Shown one piece after another: positions 9,253-18,715 of a stretch of 64,000 bases of DNA (the first letter of the stretch is position 1; every line of letters starts with the position of its first letter). The notes under the pieces were generated by a model. The model had not been told where the DNA came from and searched no databases. It saw only the letters and a program-made list of their open reading frames with translations. Source of the DNA: Candidatus Aminicenantes bacterium (lineage in GTDB: Bacteria > Acidobacteriota > Aminicenantia > Aminicenantales > JAFGBC01). Position numbers and translations under genes: made by a program. Where the stretch lies: positions 2,408,172 through 2,472,171 of the forward strand of contig OY969696.1 in NCBI GenBank assembly GCA_963702005.1. Reading direction: 5' to 3'.

Positions 9253-9723
9253 ATGGAAATGCATGAAGGTAAACTCCAGGTCAAAGGGTATAAGGTCGGG
9301 ATCGTCCTGAGCCGTTTCAACCAGTTCCTGTCGGAGCGGCTCCTCGAGGGAGCCCTCGACGCGCTCCGCAAGCTGGGGGCGGACGATAAGGACATCAGCA
9401 TCTACAAGGTTCCCGGTTCCTTCGAGGTTCCCCTCCTGGCCAAGAAACTTGCCAAGGCCAAGAAGGCCGACGGGATCGTCTGTCTGGGTGTCCTGATCAG
9501 AGGCGATACGCCCCATTTCGACTTCCTGAGCGCCGAGGTGACCAAGGGCTTGGCCCAGGTCGCTCTGGACGAAGGCGTCCCCGTCGCCTTCGGCATGCTG
9601 ACCGTCGACACGATCGAGCAGGGGATCGAGCGGGCCGGCACCAAATCCGGGAACAAAGGCTGGGACGCCGTCCTGGCTTTGGCCGAGACGCTCAACCTCC
9701 TCCAGGAGGCCGGCCTCCGCTGA
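9253..9723 (+). CDS. ribH: 6,7-dimethyl-8-ribityllumazine synthase.
   Basis: The 156-aa ORF has conserved lumazine synthase blocks (GIVLSRFN...VPGSFEVP...GVLIRGDTPHFDF), and nusB follows immediately. Confidence 0.9.
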   Translation: MEMHEGKLQVKGYKVGIVLSRFNQFLSERLLEGALDALRKLGADDKDISIYKVPGSFEVPLLAKKLAKAKKADGIVCLGVLIRGDTPHFDFLSAEVTKGLAQVALDEGVPVAFGMLTVDTIEQGIERAGTKSGNKGWDAVLALAETLNLLQEAGLR

Positions 9724-9747
9724 GCGACCGGAGGGGAGCCCACAGCC

Positions 9748-10260
9748 ATGGGGAAGAGGCGGGAGGCCCGGGAGTGCGCCCTCCAGGTCCTGTTCCAGCT
9801 CGAGTTCGACATCTCCGACGTCGAACGGAGCCTCCGCGAATACTGGACGGGCAAGAAGCCCAAGGACGACGTCCGCAAGTACGCGAGCTGGCTCGTCCAC
9901 GGCATCCTGGCCCGGAAAACGGACGTCGACGGCCTCATCAGGGACACGTCCCAACACTGGCGCATGGAGCGGATGGGCCTGGTCGACCGGAACATCCTCC
10001 GCATGGCCGTCTACGAGCTCCTCGAGGAGAAGGTCCTGGCCCCGCCGATCATCATCAACGAGGCCATCGAGATCGCTAAAAAGTACAGCGACGAAAAGTC
10101 GGCGACATTCATTAACGGACTCCTGGACGCGATCCGTAAGAAGCTCGAGACCCGTCCGCCCCGGACCGGCAAAGACAAAGAAGGCCAACATGGACCCAAA
10201 AAAAGAACCCGAGGAGCAAGTCGGCGATCAGGAGCAGGCTCGGCGGGACAATCTCGCTGA
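9748..10260 (+). CDS. nusB: Transcription antitermination factor NusB, with a low-complexity C-terminal extension overlapping lysS.
   Basis: REARECALQVLFQLEF...INEAIEIAKKY... is the typical NusB fold signature. It follows ribH as in the canonical ribH-nusB arrangement. Confidence 0.85.
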   Translation: MGKRREARECALQVLFQLEFDISDVERSLREYWTGKKPKDDVRKYASWLVHGILARKTDVDGLIRDTSQHWRMERMGLVDRNILRMAVYELLEEKVLAPPIIINEAIEIAKKYSDEKSATFINGLLDAIRKKLETRPPRTGKDKEGQHGPKKRTRGASRRSGAGSAGQSR

Positions 10261-11689
10261 GCTTCTCCGCCAGGGCGTCGACCTGTTTCCCCGCAAGGCC
10301 GATTGGACCCAGACCGTTTCCGCGGTCGTCGCCCGCTACGGGAACGTTCCCGGACCCGACCTCGAGAGCGGGGCCGACGAGGTTCGCGTCCCGGGACGCA
10401 TCCTCTCCGTCCGCCAGATGGGCAAAGCGACCTTCTTCCACATCTCGGACAGCGCCGCCCGGCTCCAGGTCTATATCCGGGCCGATGTCATGGGACCCGA
10501 TAACTACAAGCGATTCGGCCTGTTCGACATCGGCGACATCATCCTGGCCGTCGGCAAGCTCTTCAAGACCAGGACCGGCGAGCTGACCGTCCTGGCTTCC
10601 GAAGTCGTCTTCCTGGCCAAATCCCTCCACCCGCTTCCCGAGAAATGGCACGGCCTCCAGGACGTCGAGCTTCGCTACCGGAAGCGCTACCTGGACCTGA
10701 TCGTGAACCCCGAGACCCACCGCGTCTTCCGCTTGAGAAGCGACGTCATATCCGCCATCCGACATTTCTTCGACGAACGCGGCTACGTCGAGGTCGAAAC
10801 CCCGATGATGCATGCCATCCCGGGAGGGGCCCTGGCCCGGCCCTTCCGGACCCACCATAACGCGCTCGACATGGATCTCTACCTCCGAGTGGCTCCCGAG
10901 CTTTATCTGAAGAGGCTGGTCGTCGGCGGGCTCGAGCGCGTTTACGAGATCAACCGGAATTTCAGGAACGAGGGGATCTCTTCCGAGCACAACCCCGAGT
11001 TCACCATGCTCGAGTTCTACGAAGCCTACAGCGACTACCATGCGATGATGGAGCTGACCGAGGAGCTCCTTTCTCAGCTCAGCCTCAAGCTCTTAGGGAA
11101 GGATGAGATACCCTTCGGCGAACAGACCATCGCGCTCAAACGACCCTGGCGGAGGATAAAATACAAGGATGCGCTCGTCCAGTACAGCGGCCTGCCCCCC
11201 GCCAAGCTCGAGGACAGGGCCGGCCTGGTCGCCTTCGCCGCCAAGCTGGCCCCGGACAAGACTCCGTTGTCCTACGGCAAGGCCCTCGATGTCCTCTTCG
11301 ACAGGTTCGTCAAGCACAACCTCGTCCAGCCGACCTTTGTCGTCAACCCGCCCCGGGAAATCTCTCCCCTGGCCAAGGCCTCCCGGGACAATCCCGATGA
11401 GGCCGAGCGCTTCGAGCTTATCGTGGCCGGGATGGAAATCGCCAACGCCTTCTCGGAGCTGACCGATCCCGCCGAGCAGCGGGCCCGCTTCGAGCAGCAG
11501 TTCGAGGAGAAGAAGCGGGGGGACGAGGAAGCCCATGTCATCGACGATGATTACGTCCAAGCCTTGGAGTACGGCCTTCCGCCGACCGGGGGAGAGGGGA
11601 TCGGGATCGACCGCCTGGTGATGCTCCTGGCCGATAAGAAATCGATCCGGGAGGTTATCCTCTTCCCGCTCCTCCGGCCCAGGGAGTGA
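10190..11689 (+). CDS. lysS: Lysyl-tRNA synthetase, class II.
   Basis: N-terminal OB/anticodon region, then class II motifs (...FRNEGIS..HNPEFTMLEFY..., ...GGEGIGIDRLVML...); 499 aa. Confidence 0.9.
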   Translation: MDPKKEPEEQVGDQEQARRDNLAELLRQGVDLFPRKADWTQTVSAVVARYGNVPGPDLESGADEVRVPGRILSVRQMGKATFFHISDSAARLQVYIRADVMGPDNYKRFGLFDIGDIILAVGKLFKTRTGELTVLASEVVFLAKSLHPLPEKWHGLQDVELRYRKRYLDLIVNPETHRVFRLRSDVISAIRHFFDERGYVEVETPMMHAIPGGALARPFRTHHNALDMDLYLRVAPELYLKRLVVGGLERVYEINRNFRNEGISSEHNPEFTMLEFYEAYSDYHAMMELTEELLSQLSLKLLGKDEIPFGEQTIALKRPWRRIKYKDALVQYSGLPPAKLEDRAGLVAFAAKLAPDKTPLSYGKALDVLFDRFVKHNLVQPTFVVNPPREISPLAKASRDNPDEAERFELIVAGMEIANAFSELTDPAEQRARFEQQFEEKKRGDEEAHVIDDDYVQALEYGLPPTGGEGIGIDRLVMLLADKKSIREVILFPLLRPRE

Positions 11690-12927
11690 AGGACGTTACG
11701 GGACATCTCATGCGCTACGAGTGGCTGATCGCCCGACGCTACCTGACGGCCAGGCGGAAGCAGGCCTTCATTTCCGTCATCACCGTCATCTCCACGCTCG
11801 GGATCGCCATCGGGGTTATGGCTCTCGTCATCGCCCTTGCCCTGATCACCGGCTTCCAAGGGGACGTCCAGGATAAAATCCTGGGCGCGACGTCCCATAT
11901 CATGGTCTCGGACCTCACCGGCGAGGGCCTTCGGGATTTCCGGTCGCTCGAGGACAACATCCGCAAGGTCCCGGGCGTCCTCTCCGTCACGCCCGTCGTC
12001 TACAACACCGTCCTTGTCGCCGGCCCGTCCCGGAGTACGGGAGGCTATCTGAAGGGGATCGATTTCGAGAGGGAGTCGGCCCAGTCCCCCTGGCTCCTGA
12101 GCCTGGAGAAAGGACGCCTGCCCAAGGGCGGGGAACCGGAGGGGATTCTCCTCGGGCAGGATATGGCCGTCGCCATCGGAGCGAGCGTCGGGGACGTCGT
12201 GACGATTCTGACCGCGGCTTCCCGGCTGTCGCCGATCGGCCTCCTTCCCCGGACGAAACGGTTCACGGTCGCGGGGGTGTTCAAGACGGGGCTGTTCGAG
12301 TTCGACTCCTCGACGGCCATCCTGTCGATCGGAGCGGCCCAGAAGTTCCTCGGAATGGGGGATAGCATCAGCTACCTTCAGGTCCGCGTCCGGGATATCT
12401 TCCGGGCGGCCCGGATCGGGGACGCGATCGAAGCCCTGAGCCCCGCGGCGGTCTACGTCACGACGTGGATGGAGCTCAACGAGTCCCTGTTTTCCGCCCT
12501 CAAGCTCGAAAAAAACATCATGTTCCTGACGATCACGCTCATCGTCGTCGTGGCGGCCCTCAATATTATCGCCTCCCTGATCCTGATGGTCATGGAAAAG
12601 ACGCGGGACATCGGGATCCTGATGGCCTTGGGTGCGACCCCTCGAGCCATCCGGCGGGTGTTCTTTTTTCAAGGCGCCGTCATCGGAGTCATCGGCACGG
12701 CCTGCGGGCTTCTCCTGGGCTTGGTCTGGTGCGGACTGGCGAACGTCTTCCAGCTCATCAAGGTTCCGGTCGACATCTACCAGATTTCCTATGTCCCGTT
12801 CCGGGTCAAGCCCCTGGACCTTCTCCTGATCGTCGGCGTCACCTTGGCCATCAGCTTCACGTCGACGTTGTTCCCGTCGCGGCGGGCGGCCCGGATCGAT
12901 CCCGTCGTCGCGCTCAAATATGAATGA
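11686..12927 (+). CDS. Lipoprotein-releasing system transmembrane permease LolC/LolE (FtsX family).
   Basis: The 413-aa ORF has the pattern ARRYLTARRKQAFISVITVIS and a C-terminal FtsX bundle, and is immediately followed by lolD. Confidence 0.75.
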   Translation: MKDVTGHLMRYEWLIARRYLTARRKQAFISVITVISTLGIAIGVMALVIALALITGFQGDVQDKILGATSHIMVSDLTGEGLRDFRSLEDNIRKVPGVLSVTPVVYNTVLVAGPSRSTGGYLKGIDFERESAQSPWLLSLEKGRLPKGGEPEGILLGQDMAVAIGASVGDVVTILTAASRLSPIGLLPRTKRFTVAGVFKTGLFEFDSSTAILSIGAAQKFLGMGDSISYLQVRVRDIFRAARIGDAIEALSPAAVYVTTWMELNESLFSALKLEKNIMFLTITLIVVVAALNIIASLILMVMEKTRDIGILMALGATPRAIRRVFFFQGAVIGVIGTACGLLLGLVWCGLANVFQLIKVPVDIYQISYVPFRVKPLDLLLIVGVTLAISFTSTLFPSRRAARIDPVVALKYE

Positions 12928-13600
12928 CATGATCCAAGCCGTCGACCTCGCTAAATCCTACCCGCTCCCCGAAGGGGCCTACCGTGTCTTCAGCGGCCTC
13001 AACTTCAATGTAAAACCGGGGGAGATGGTGGCCATCATGGGAGTCTCGGGAGTGGGAAAGACGACCCTCCTCAATCTCCTGGGCGGCCTGGACCGTCCGA
13101 CCGAGGGCCGGGTTGTCCTGGACGGGGACGACCTGGGGGGAAAGACGATCGAGGAGCTGGCGGCGATCAGGAACGGCAAGGTGGGGTTCGTCTTCCAGTT
13201 CTTCCACCTCCTGCCCGAGTTTACGGCCTTGGAGAACGTGAGCCTGCCGCTTCTCATCAGAGGGATGGACCGGTCCAGGGCCTTTCCCCGCGCGAAGGAC
13301 CTCCTCCGGGATGTTTCCCTGGAAGAAAAAGCCGCGATGCGCCCCTCCCAGCTCTCGGGAGGAGAACAACAGAGAGTGTCGCTGGCCCGGGCCTTGGTGG
13401 GATCCCCCAAGCTCCTCCTGGCCGACGAGCCGACCGGGAATTTGGACTGGAAGACGGGAGAAGGAATCCTCGGCCTGATCAGGGATCTCCACGGCCGGAT
13501 GGGGCTGACCTCGATCCTGGTGACCCATAACGAGCGCGTCGCCGACCTCTGCGACCGGCGCCTCCTCATGGAAAAAGGCCGGCTGAAACGCCTGGGCTGA
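12920..13600 (+). CDS. lolD: Lipoprotein-releasing system ATP-binding protein LolD.
   Basis: Walker A GVSGVGKTT, signature LSGGEQQRV and Walker B LLLADEPTGNLD; its start overlaps lolC/E. Confidence 0.85.
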   Translation: MNDMIQAVDLAKSYPLPEGAYRVFSGLNFNVKPGEMVAIMGVSGVGKTTLLNLLGGLDRPTEGRVVLDGDDLGGKTIEELAAIRNGKVGFVFQFFHLLPEFTALENVSLPLLIRGMDRSRAFPRAKDLLRDVSLEEKAAMRPSQLSGGEQQRVSLARALVGSPKLLLADEPTGNLDWKTGEGILGLIRDLHGRMGLTSILVTHNERVADLCDRRLLMEKGRLKRLG

Positions 13601-13614
13601 AACCGGCGTTTCAG
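13597..13614 (+). terminator. GC-rich palindrome CTGAAACCGGCGTTTCAG overlapping the lolD stop codon, a possible weak terminator or processing hairpin.
   Basis: Perfect 7-bp arms around a CGGC centre, with no U-tract downstream. Confidence 0.25.
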
Positions 13615-13694
13615 GTAATGGACGCTTAGAATTATCCCTTGGGGCGAATCCGCTTGGAAAAAAGCGTCCGATATGGTATAAAAAGGATTTCCAA

Positions 13695-16022
13695 ATGAAG
13701 AAAACGACGCTCTTCCTGATCTTGTGGGGACTTCCCCTGGTCCTGGCGGCCCAAAACGCCATCGACCGGATCGATGTCGTCGGCAATGAACGGGTCACCA
13801 AGGAAACGATCCTTTACTATCTCTCCCTCAAAGAAGGGGACTATTTCAACGAAGATATCTTCCGCCGGGACTTTCGGGTCCTGTGGTCGACGGGTTTTTT
13901 CGCCAACCTCAAGATGGAGGACGTGGACGCCCCGGGCGGCAAGATCGTCCGGATCACCGTCGAGGAAAATCCGGTCGTCAAGGCCGTGACTTTCAAGACG
14001 GGCAAGAAGGTCAAGGAAGACGACATCATCAGCAAGCTCAAAGAGAAGGACGAGTATATCCTGGCCTATTCCTACTATAGCCCTTTCAAGGTCGAGAGGG
14101 CCCGCAAGACGATCCAGGACCTGCTGTCCGAGAAAGGCCTCCAGCTGGCCAAGATCGACGTCGCGACCGAGCATAAGGGGAAGAGCGAAGTCGAGGTCTT
14201 GTTCAGGATCGACGAAGGCCCCAAGGTCCGGGTCGGCGCCATCGACTTCGAGGGGGCGACCAAGCTTCCCCCCAGCTTCCTGCGTGAGGCCCTTAAGGAC
14301 AACCAGCCCCATAACCTCCTGAGCTGGGTCGGCGGAAAGGACGTCTTCAAGCAGAACAAACTGGCCGAATGCGCCGACCTCATCAAGAAGAAGCTCCAGG
14401 AGAGCGGCTATATGGAGGCGACCGTCGGCGAGCCCAAGATCAGCGAGATGACCCGGCGGACCGTCCTGTTCAAGAAACAGACGATGATGCGGATCGTTTT
14501 TCCCGTCAACGCCGGCTACCCCTACCGGGTCGGCGAGGTCAAAGTCGACGGCAATAAGGCCCTCAGCGCCGCCTACATCCGGAGCCTGATCAAGCTCGAC
14601 CCGGGCAGCCTGTACAGCACCAAGGTCCGCGAGAAGTCCATCAAGGACGTCCAGGAGCTCTATGCGAACGGCGGCTACCTCTACGCCCAAATTATCCCGG
14701 TCGAAAGCCTCGACCCCAAGCGGAAGGTCGTCAACGTGACCTTCAACGTCGCCGAGGGAGAGGTCGTCACCCTCAGCCGCCTCGAGTTCCGCGGCAACAT
14801 CTTCACCAAGGACAAGGTCATCCGGCGAGAAATGCTCCTCCGGGAAGGGGACCGCTTCAGCCTGGCCATGTTCAAGGACAGCGTCCTGCGGATCAAGCAG
14901 CTCGGGCTGGTCGACCTCGAGAAGGAGCCCGACCTCAAGCCCGATCCCGAGGACCCGACCAAGATGAACGTCACGGTCAACGTCAAGGAGCTCCAGCGCA
15001 ACAACATTCAGTTCACGGCCGGCTACAGCGGCTACGAGGGAACCTTCGTCGCCCTGAGCTATTCGACGGTCAACTTTCTGGGCGCGGGCGAGAACCTGGA
15101 ACTCATGCTCCAGTACGGAAAGCGGATCAAGAACTACTCGTTCGGATTCACCGAGCCCTACATCTTCGACCGGCCGATCAGCGTCGGCTTCAATATCTAT
15201 GACCGCTACATGATCATTCCCTACCTTTACGACCGGAAGGGGAAGGGGATCGACCTGACCTTGGGCGCCCGCCTGTTCGGATACTGGCGAAGCAGCCTGA
15301 CCTACGGCTTCGAATACGTCAACATCTCGGCGCCCTCTGTGACCTCGGGCTACCCCAGCGACTATTCCTACTATGATCCGACCTACTACAGTAGTATGTA
15401 CGGGTTGGGGAACTATAATGTCAGCAGCATCGAGCCGACCCTGTACCGGACGACGATCGACAGCCCCTTGACGCCGACCCGGGGGACGATGTACCTGATC
15501 GGCCTCCGCTACGCGGGGACCTTCCTGGGGGGCGAGATCGACCTCGTCAAGCCCCACGTCGAATGGTCGTTCTACCATCCTCTCATCGGCCATAACGTCG
15601 TCGGCTTCCATGTCGACTACCAGTTCGTCCGGAAGATCGGCCATTCCGATATTCCTTTCTGGGAGCGGTTCTACTTGGGCGGCGAGCGGTCCATCCGAGG
15701 CTACGATATCTACACGATCGGGCCCCGGACCTCCTCGGGAACCCTGATGGGCGGCCTGACCTCCTTCATCTTCAACGCCGAGTATATCATTCCCGTCGGC
15801 GGACCCCTGTACGCCATCTTCTTCTACGATGCCGGGAACGCCTGGGCGCACAGCCAAGTCCTCAACCTCAAGGACCTCTACGCCTCGGCCGGCATCGAGG
15901 CCAGGGTTTTCGTGCCCGCCCTCCGCGTTCCCTTCCGGCTCATCTTCGCCTACAACTCGCGCAAGATCTACCCCGACGATCCGAGCTTCGCCTTCCGGTT
16001 CGCCGTGGGAACGACGTTTTAG
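13695..16022 (+). CDS. bamA: Outer membrane protein assembly factor BamA (POTRA repeats plus C-terminal beta-barrel).
   Basis: 775 aa with a signal peptide, POTRA-like repeats and a C-terminal barrel ending ...FRFAVGTTF. Confidence 0.9.
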   Translation: MKKTTLFLILWGLPLVLAAQNAIDRIDVVGNERVTKETILYYLSLKEGDYFNEDIFRRDFRVLWSTGFFANLKMEDVDAPGGKIVRITVEENPVVKAVTFKTGKKVKEDDIISKLKEKDEYILAYSYYSPFKVERARKTIQDLLSEKGLQLAKIDVATEHKGKSEVEVLFRIDEGPKVRVGAIDFEGATKLPPSFLREALKDNQPHNLLSWVGGKDVFKQNKLAECADLIKKKLQESGYMEATVGEPKISEMTRRTVLFKKQTMMRIVFPVNAGYPYRVGEVKVDGNKALSAAYIRSLIKLDPGSLYSTKVREKSIKDVQELYANGGYLYAQIIPVESLDPKRKVVNVTFNVAEGEVVTLSRLEFRGNIFTKDKVIRREMLLREGDRFSLAMFKDSVLRIKQLGLVDLEKEPDLKPDPEDPTKMNVTVNVKELQRNNIQFTAGYSGYEGTFVALSYSTVNFLGAGENLELMLQYGKRIKNYSFGFTEPYIFDRPISVGFNIYDRYMIIPYLYDRKGKGIDLTLGARLFGYWRSSLTYGFEYVNISAPSVTSGYPSDYSYYDPTYYSSMYGLGNYNVSSIEPTLYRTTIDSPLTPTRGTMYLIGLRYAGTFLGGEIDLVKPHVEWSFYHPLIGHNVVGFHVDYQFVRKIGHSDIPFWERFYLGGERSIRGYDIYTIGPRTSSGTLMGGLTSFIFNAEYIIPVGGPLYAIFFYDAGNAWAHSQVLNLKDLYASAGIEARVFVPALRVPFRLIFAYNSRKIYPDDPSFAFRFAVGTTF

Positions 16023-16068
16023 ACGGACATCACCTTGGTGTGAACATAGTGACTTAGGAGGTTCAACG

Positions 16069-16608
16069 ATGAAACGCGCAACTCGTATCCTGACGCTCGT
16101 CCTGATGGGGATAGTCCTGGCCGCCGCCGGCTACGCCCAGCAGGCCGCCAAGATCGGCGTCGTCAACTCCCAGGACGTCCTGGAAAAATCGACCGAAGGC
16201 AAGAAGGTTATCGCCCGGCTCCAGGAGAAGGACAAACAGACCCAAGCCTCCCTGGCCAAGCTTGACGACGACATCCGCCAGCTCGAGACCAAGCTCAACA
16301 CCCAGCGTTTGACCCTGACCGATGAGGCCGTTCTCCAGATGACATCCGACCTCGACAAGAAGCGCACGGACCGCAAGCGCGTCGGCGAGGACTCGACCCG
16401 CGAGCTCCAGGAGCTCCAGTACCGGCTGTTTAACAAGGTTCAGAGCGAACTCCTGTCCATCATCGAGGGGATCGGCCGGGAGAAGAACCTCGACATCATC
16501 TTGGACCTGGCCAAGAGCGGGGCCGTTTATTTCAGCCCCGCCATCAGCATCACCGACGAGGTCATCCGGCGCTACGACGCGTCCAAGGCGACCCCTCCCG
16601 CCAAGTGA
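16069..16608 (+). CDS. skp: Periplasmic chaperone Skp (OmpH).
   Basis: SD AGGAGG lies about 10 nt before the ATG at 16069. The 179-aa protein has a signal peptide and coiled-coil composition, directly downstream of bamA. Confidence 0.75.
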   Translation: MKRATRILTLVLMGIVLAAAGYAQQAAKIGVVNSQDVLEKSTEGKKVIARLQEKDKQTQASLAKLDDDIRQLETKLNTQRLTLTDEAVLQMTSDLDKKRTDRKRVGEDSTRELQELQYRLFNKVQSELLSIIEGIGREKNLDIILDLAKSGAVYFSPAISITDEVIRRYDASKATPPAK

Positions 16609-16639
16609 GCGGGCCGGCCGCGAGAGCCGCATCAGGGCG

Positions 16640-17089
16640 ATGGATATTCAACAGATCCTTAAGTTTCTGCCCCACCGCTATCCCTTTCTTCTCGTCGACC
16701 GGGTCCTGGACGTCCAGGCGGGGCGGTCCATCATCGCCGTCAAGAACGTCACCTACAATGAAGCCTTCTTCCAAGGCCATTTCCCGGAGTTTAAGGTCAT
16801 GCCCGGCGTCCTCATCATCGAGGCCATCGCCCAAGCCGGCGGGATCCTTCTCTTCCATTCGATCCCCGATCCCCAGACCAAGCTCGTCCTCCTCTCCAAG
16901 ATCGACAAAGCCAAGTTCCGGCGGACCGTCGTCCCGGGAGATCAGCTTCGGCTCGAGGCCGAAATCATCAAGCTCAAGAGCCGTTTCTGCCATCTCAGGG
17001 GGAGGGCCCTGGTTGATGGGGATATCGCCGTAGAGGGCGAGATCATGGCCTTCGTCGTCGACGCCGAGGAGATGAATGCCTCCAAGTGA
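16640..17089 (+). CDS. fabZ: 3-hydroxyacyl-ACP dehydratase FabZ.
   Basis: LPHRYPFLLVDRV...FFQGHFP...PGVL... is the FabZ hot-dog signature. Confidence 0.9.
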   Translation: MDIQQILKFLPHRYPFLLVDRVLDVQAGRSIIAVKNVTYNEAFFQGHFPEFKVMPGVLIIEAIAQAGGILLFHSIPDPQTKLVLLSKIDKAKFRRTVVPGDQLRLEAEIIKLKSRFCHLRGRALVDGDIAVEGEIMAFVVDAEEMNASK

Positions 17090-17900
17090 GGTCGTCGTTC
17101 ATCCTTCGGCGGTCGTCCGGCCGGGCGCCCGCCTGGACGAGGGGGTTTTCGTCGGCCCCGGCTGCCTGGTCGGCCCAGACGTCACCATCCTCAAGGAGAC
17201 CAGGCTCGAGGGCCATATCGTCGTCACCGGCCGGACCGTCGTCGGCGCCCGCTGCCGGTTCTCACCCTTCGCGGTCATCGGCACCGAGCCCCAGGACGTC
17301 GGCTACCGGGAGGAGGCCACCGAAGTCACGATCGGCGACGACAACATCTTCCGGGAATTCGTGACGGTCCACCGCGGGACGATCAAGGGCGGCGGGCGGA
17401 CGACCATCGGGAACGGCAACTATTTCATGGATTATGCCCATGTCGGCCATGACTGCCGGATCGGGAACGAATGCGTGTTCATCAACAACGCGACCCTGGC
17501 CGGCCACGTGACCGTGGACGATTTCGTCACCATGAGCGGTTTCACCGGCGTTCACCAGTTTTGCCGGATCGGACGCTACGCCTTTTTGGGCGGGGACACG
17601 ATCGTCACTCAAGATGTCGTGCCCTTCAGCCGCGTCGTCGGGAGCCGGCCGGCCCGGCTTTACGGCCTCAACGTCGTCGGGCTCAGACGGCGCGGCCTGT
17701 CGGCCGAGCGTCGGAACGCCCTCAAGTCCATGTTCAAGCTCCTGTTCTATTCGGGCCTGAGCACGCCCCAGGCCCTGGAAGGGATCCGGAGCCAATTCCC
17801 GCCGGGCGAGGACCGGGACCTGCTCCTGGACTTCATCGCGACGTCCAAGAGAGGTATCCTGAAAAAAACGGCGGAAGCATGGGAAGACGAATCGGACTAG
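17076..17900 (+). CDS. lpxA: UDP-N-acetylglucosamine O-acyltransferase LpxA.
   Basis: Left-handed beta-helix hexapeptide repeats, then the LpxA C-terminal helical domain (…RRRGLSAE..ALK..FKLLF...). Confidence 0.9.
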   Translation: MPPSEVVVHPSAVVRPGARLDEGVFVGPGCLVGPDVTILKETRLEGHIVVTGRTVVGARCRFSPFAVIGTEPQDVGYREEATEVTIGDDNIFREFVTVHRGTIKGGGRTTIGNGNYFMDYAHVGHDCRIGNECVFINNATLAGHVTVDDFVTMSGFTGVHQFCRIGRYAFLGGDTIVTQDVVPFSRVVGSRPARLYGLNVVGLRRRGLSAERRNALKSMFKLLFYSGLSTPQALEGIRSQFPPGEDRDLLLDFIATSKRGILKKTAEAWEDESD

Positions 17901-18688
17901 TTGCCGGTTCCGGCGCCATCCCCCGTTTTGTCCTGGAGGACGCCCGCGCCCGTGGCTGGAGCGCGGCCGTGGCCGCCGTCCGGGGCGAGGCCGATCCCGG
18001 CCTGGCCGAGCTGGCCGACGCCTTCGAATGGATCGGTCCTTGGGACGTCGCCGGGCTCGTCGGCTTTTTCCGGCGGGCTCGAGTCGGGACGGTCTTCTTG
18101 GTCGGAAAGGTCGGCCCGCGGACGGCGCTGGAGAGCGCGGGGGCCGAGGCCGCCTTTCTCGAGCTGCTGGCCAAGGCCGGCGACCGGACGCCCGGTGCGC
18201 TTCTCCGCGTCCTCATCGACCATCTGGCCGGCCAGGGACTCGTTGTCGAGGATCCCGGCGTCTTTTTCGAACGGTTCCTGTGCCCGGCCGGAGTCCTGAC
18301 CGGGACCGAACCTGTCCCGGCCGTCCTCGAGGATATCGGATTCGGCTGGCCGCTCGTCAAGAGGATCGCGGATGAAGAGATCGGCCAGACCCTCGTCGTC
18401 AAGGAGAGGGCGGTCGTAGCCGTCGAAGGCATGGAGGGAACGGACCGGGCCATCCTTCGCGCCAGCCATCTCGCCGGCGGCGGGACCGTCGTCCTCAAAG
18501 CCGGCCGCCGGCGTCAGGACCCGCGGATCGACCTCCCGGCCGTCGGGATCGGGACCGTCCGCAGCCTGGTCGAAGCCCGGGCGGCGGCCCTCTGCATCGA
18601 GGCGGAGGCCGTCCCCTTCTTCCAGAAGGAAGAGGCGCTGGCCCTGGCCGACGCCAACGGGATCGCGGTCTTGGCCCGGACAGGCTGA
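17879..18688 (+). CDS. lpxI: UDP-2,3-diacylglucosamine hydrolase LpxI (DUF1009 family).
   Basis: The ATG at 17879 (MGRRIGLVAGSGAIP...) is in-frame within the listed ORF 17471-18688 and overlaps the lpxA 3' end. Sequence is LpxI-like and the position is directly after lpxA. Confidence 0.7.
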   Translation: MGRRIGLVAGSGAIPRFVLEDARARGWSAAVAAVRGEADPGLAELADAFEWIGPWDVAGLVGFFRRARVGTVFLVGKVGPRTALESAGAEAAFLELLAKAGDRTPGALLRVLIDHLAGQGLVVEDPGVFFERFLCPAGVLTGTEPVPAVLEDIGFGWPLVKRIADEEIGQTLVVKERAVVAVEGMEGTDRAILRASHLAGGGTVVLKAGRRRQDPRIDLPAVGIGTVRSLVEARAAALCIEAEAVPFFQKEEALALADANGIAVLARTG

Positions 18689-18715
18689 GGAACGCCGTCG
18701 CAAGGAGCGAAGCGA

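Noticed and set aside
8017..10191. ORF 8017-10191 - (724 aa).
   Set aside because: Antisense to GNAT-like, ribH and nusB (all with clear family signatures); shadow ORF.
13632..15857. ORF 13632-15857 - (741 aa).
   Set aside because: Antisense to bamA; low-complexity shadow ORF.
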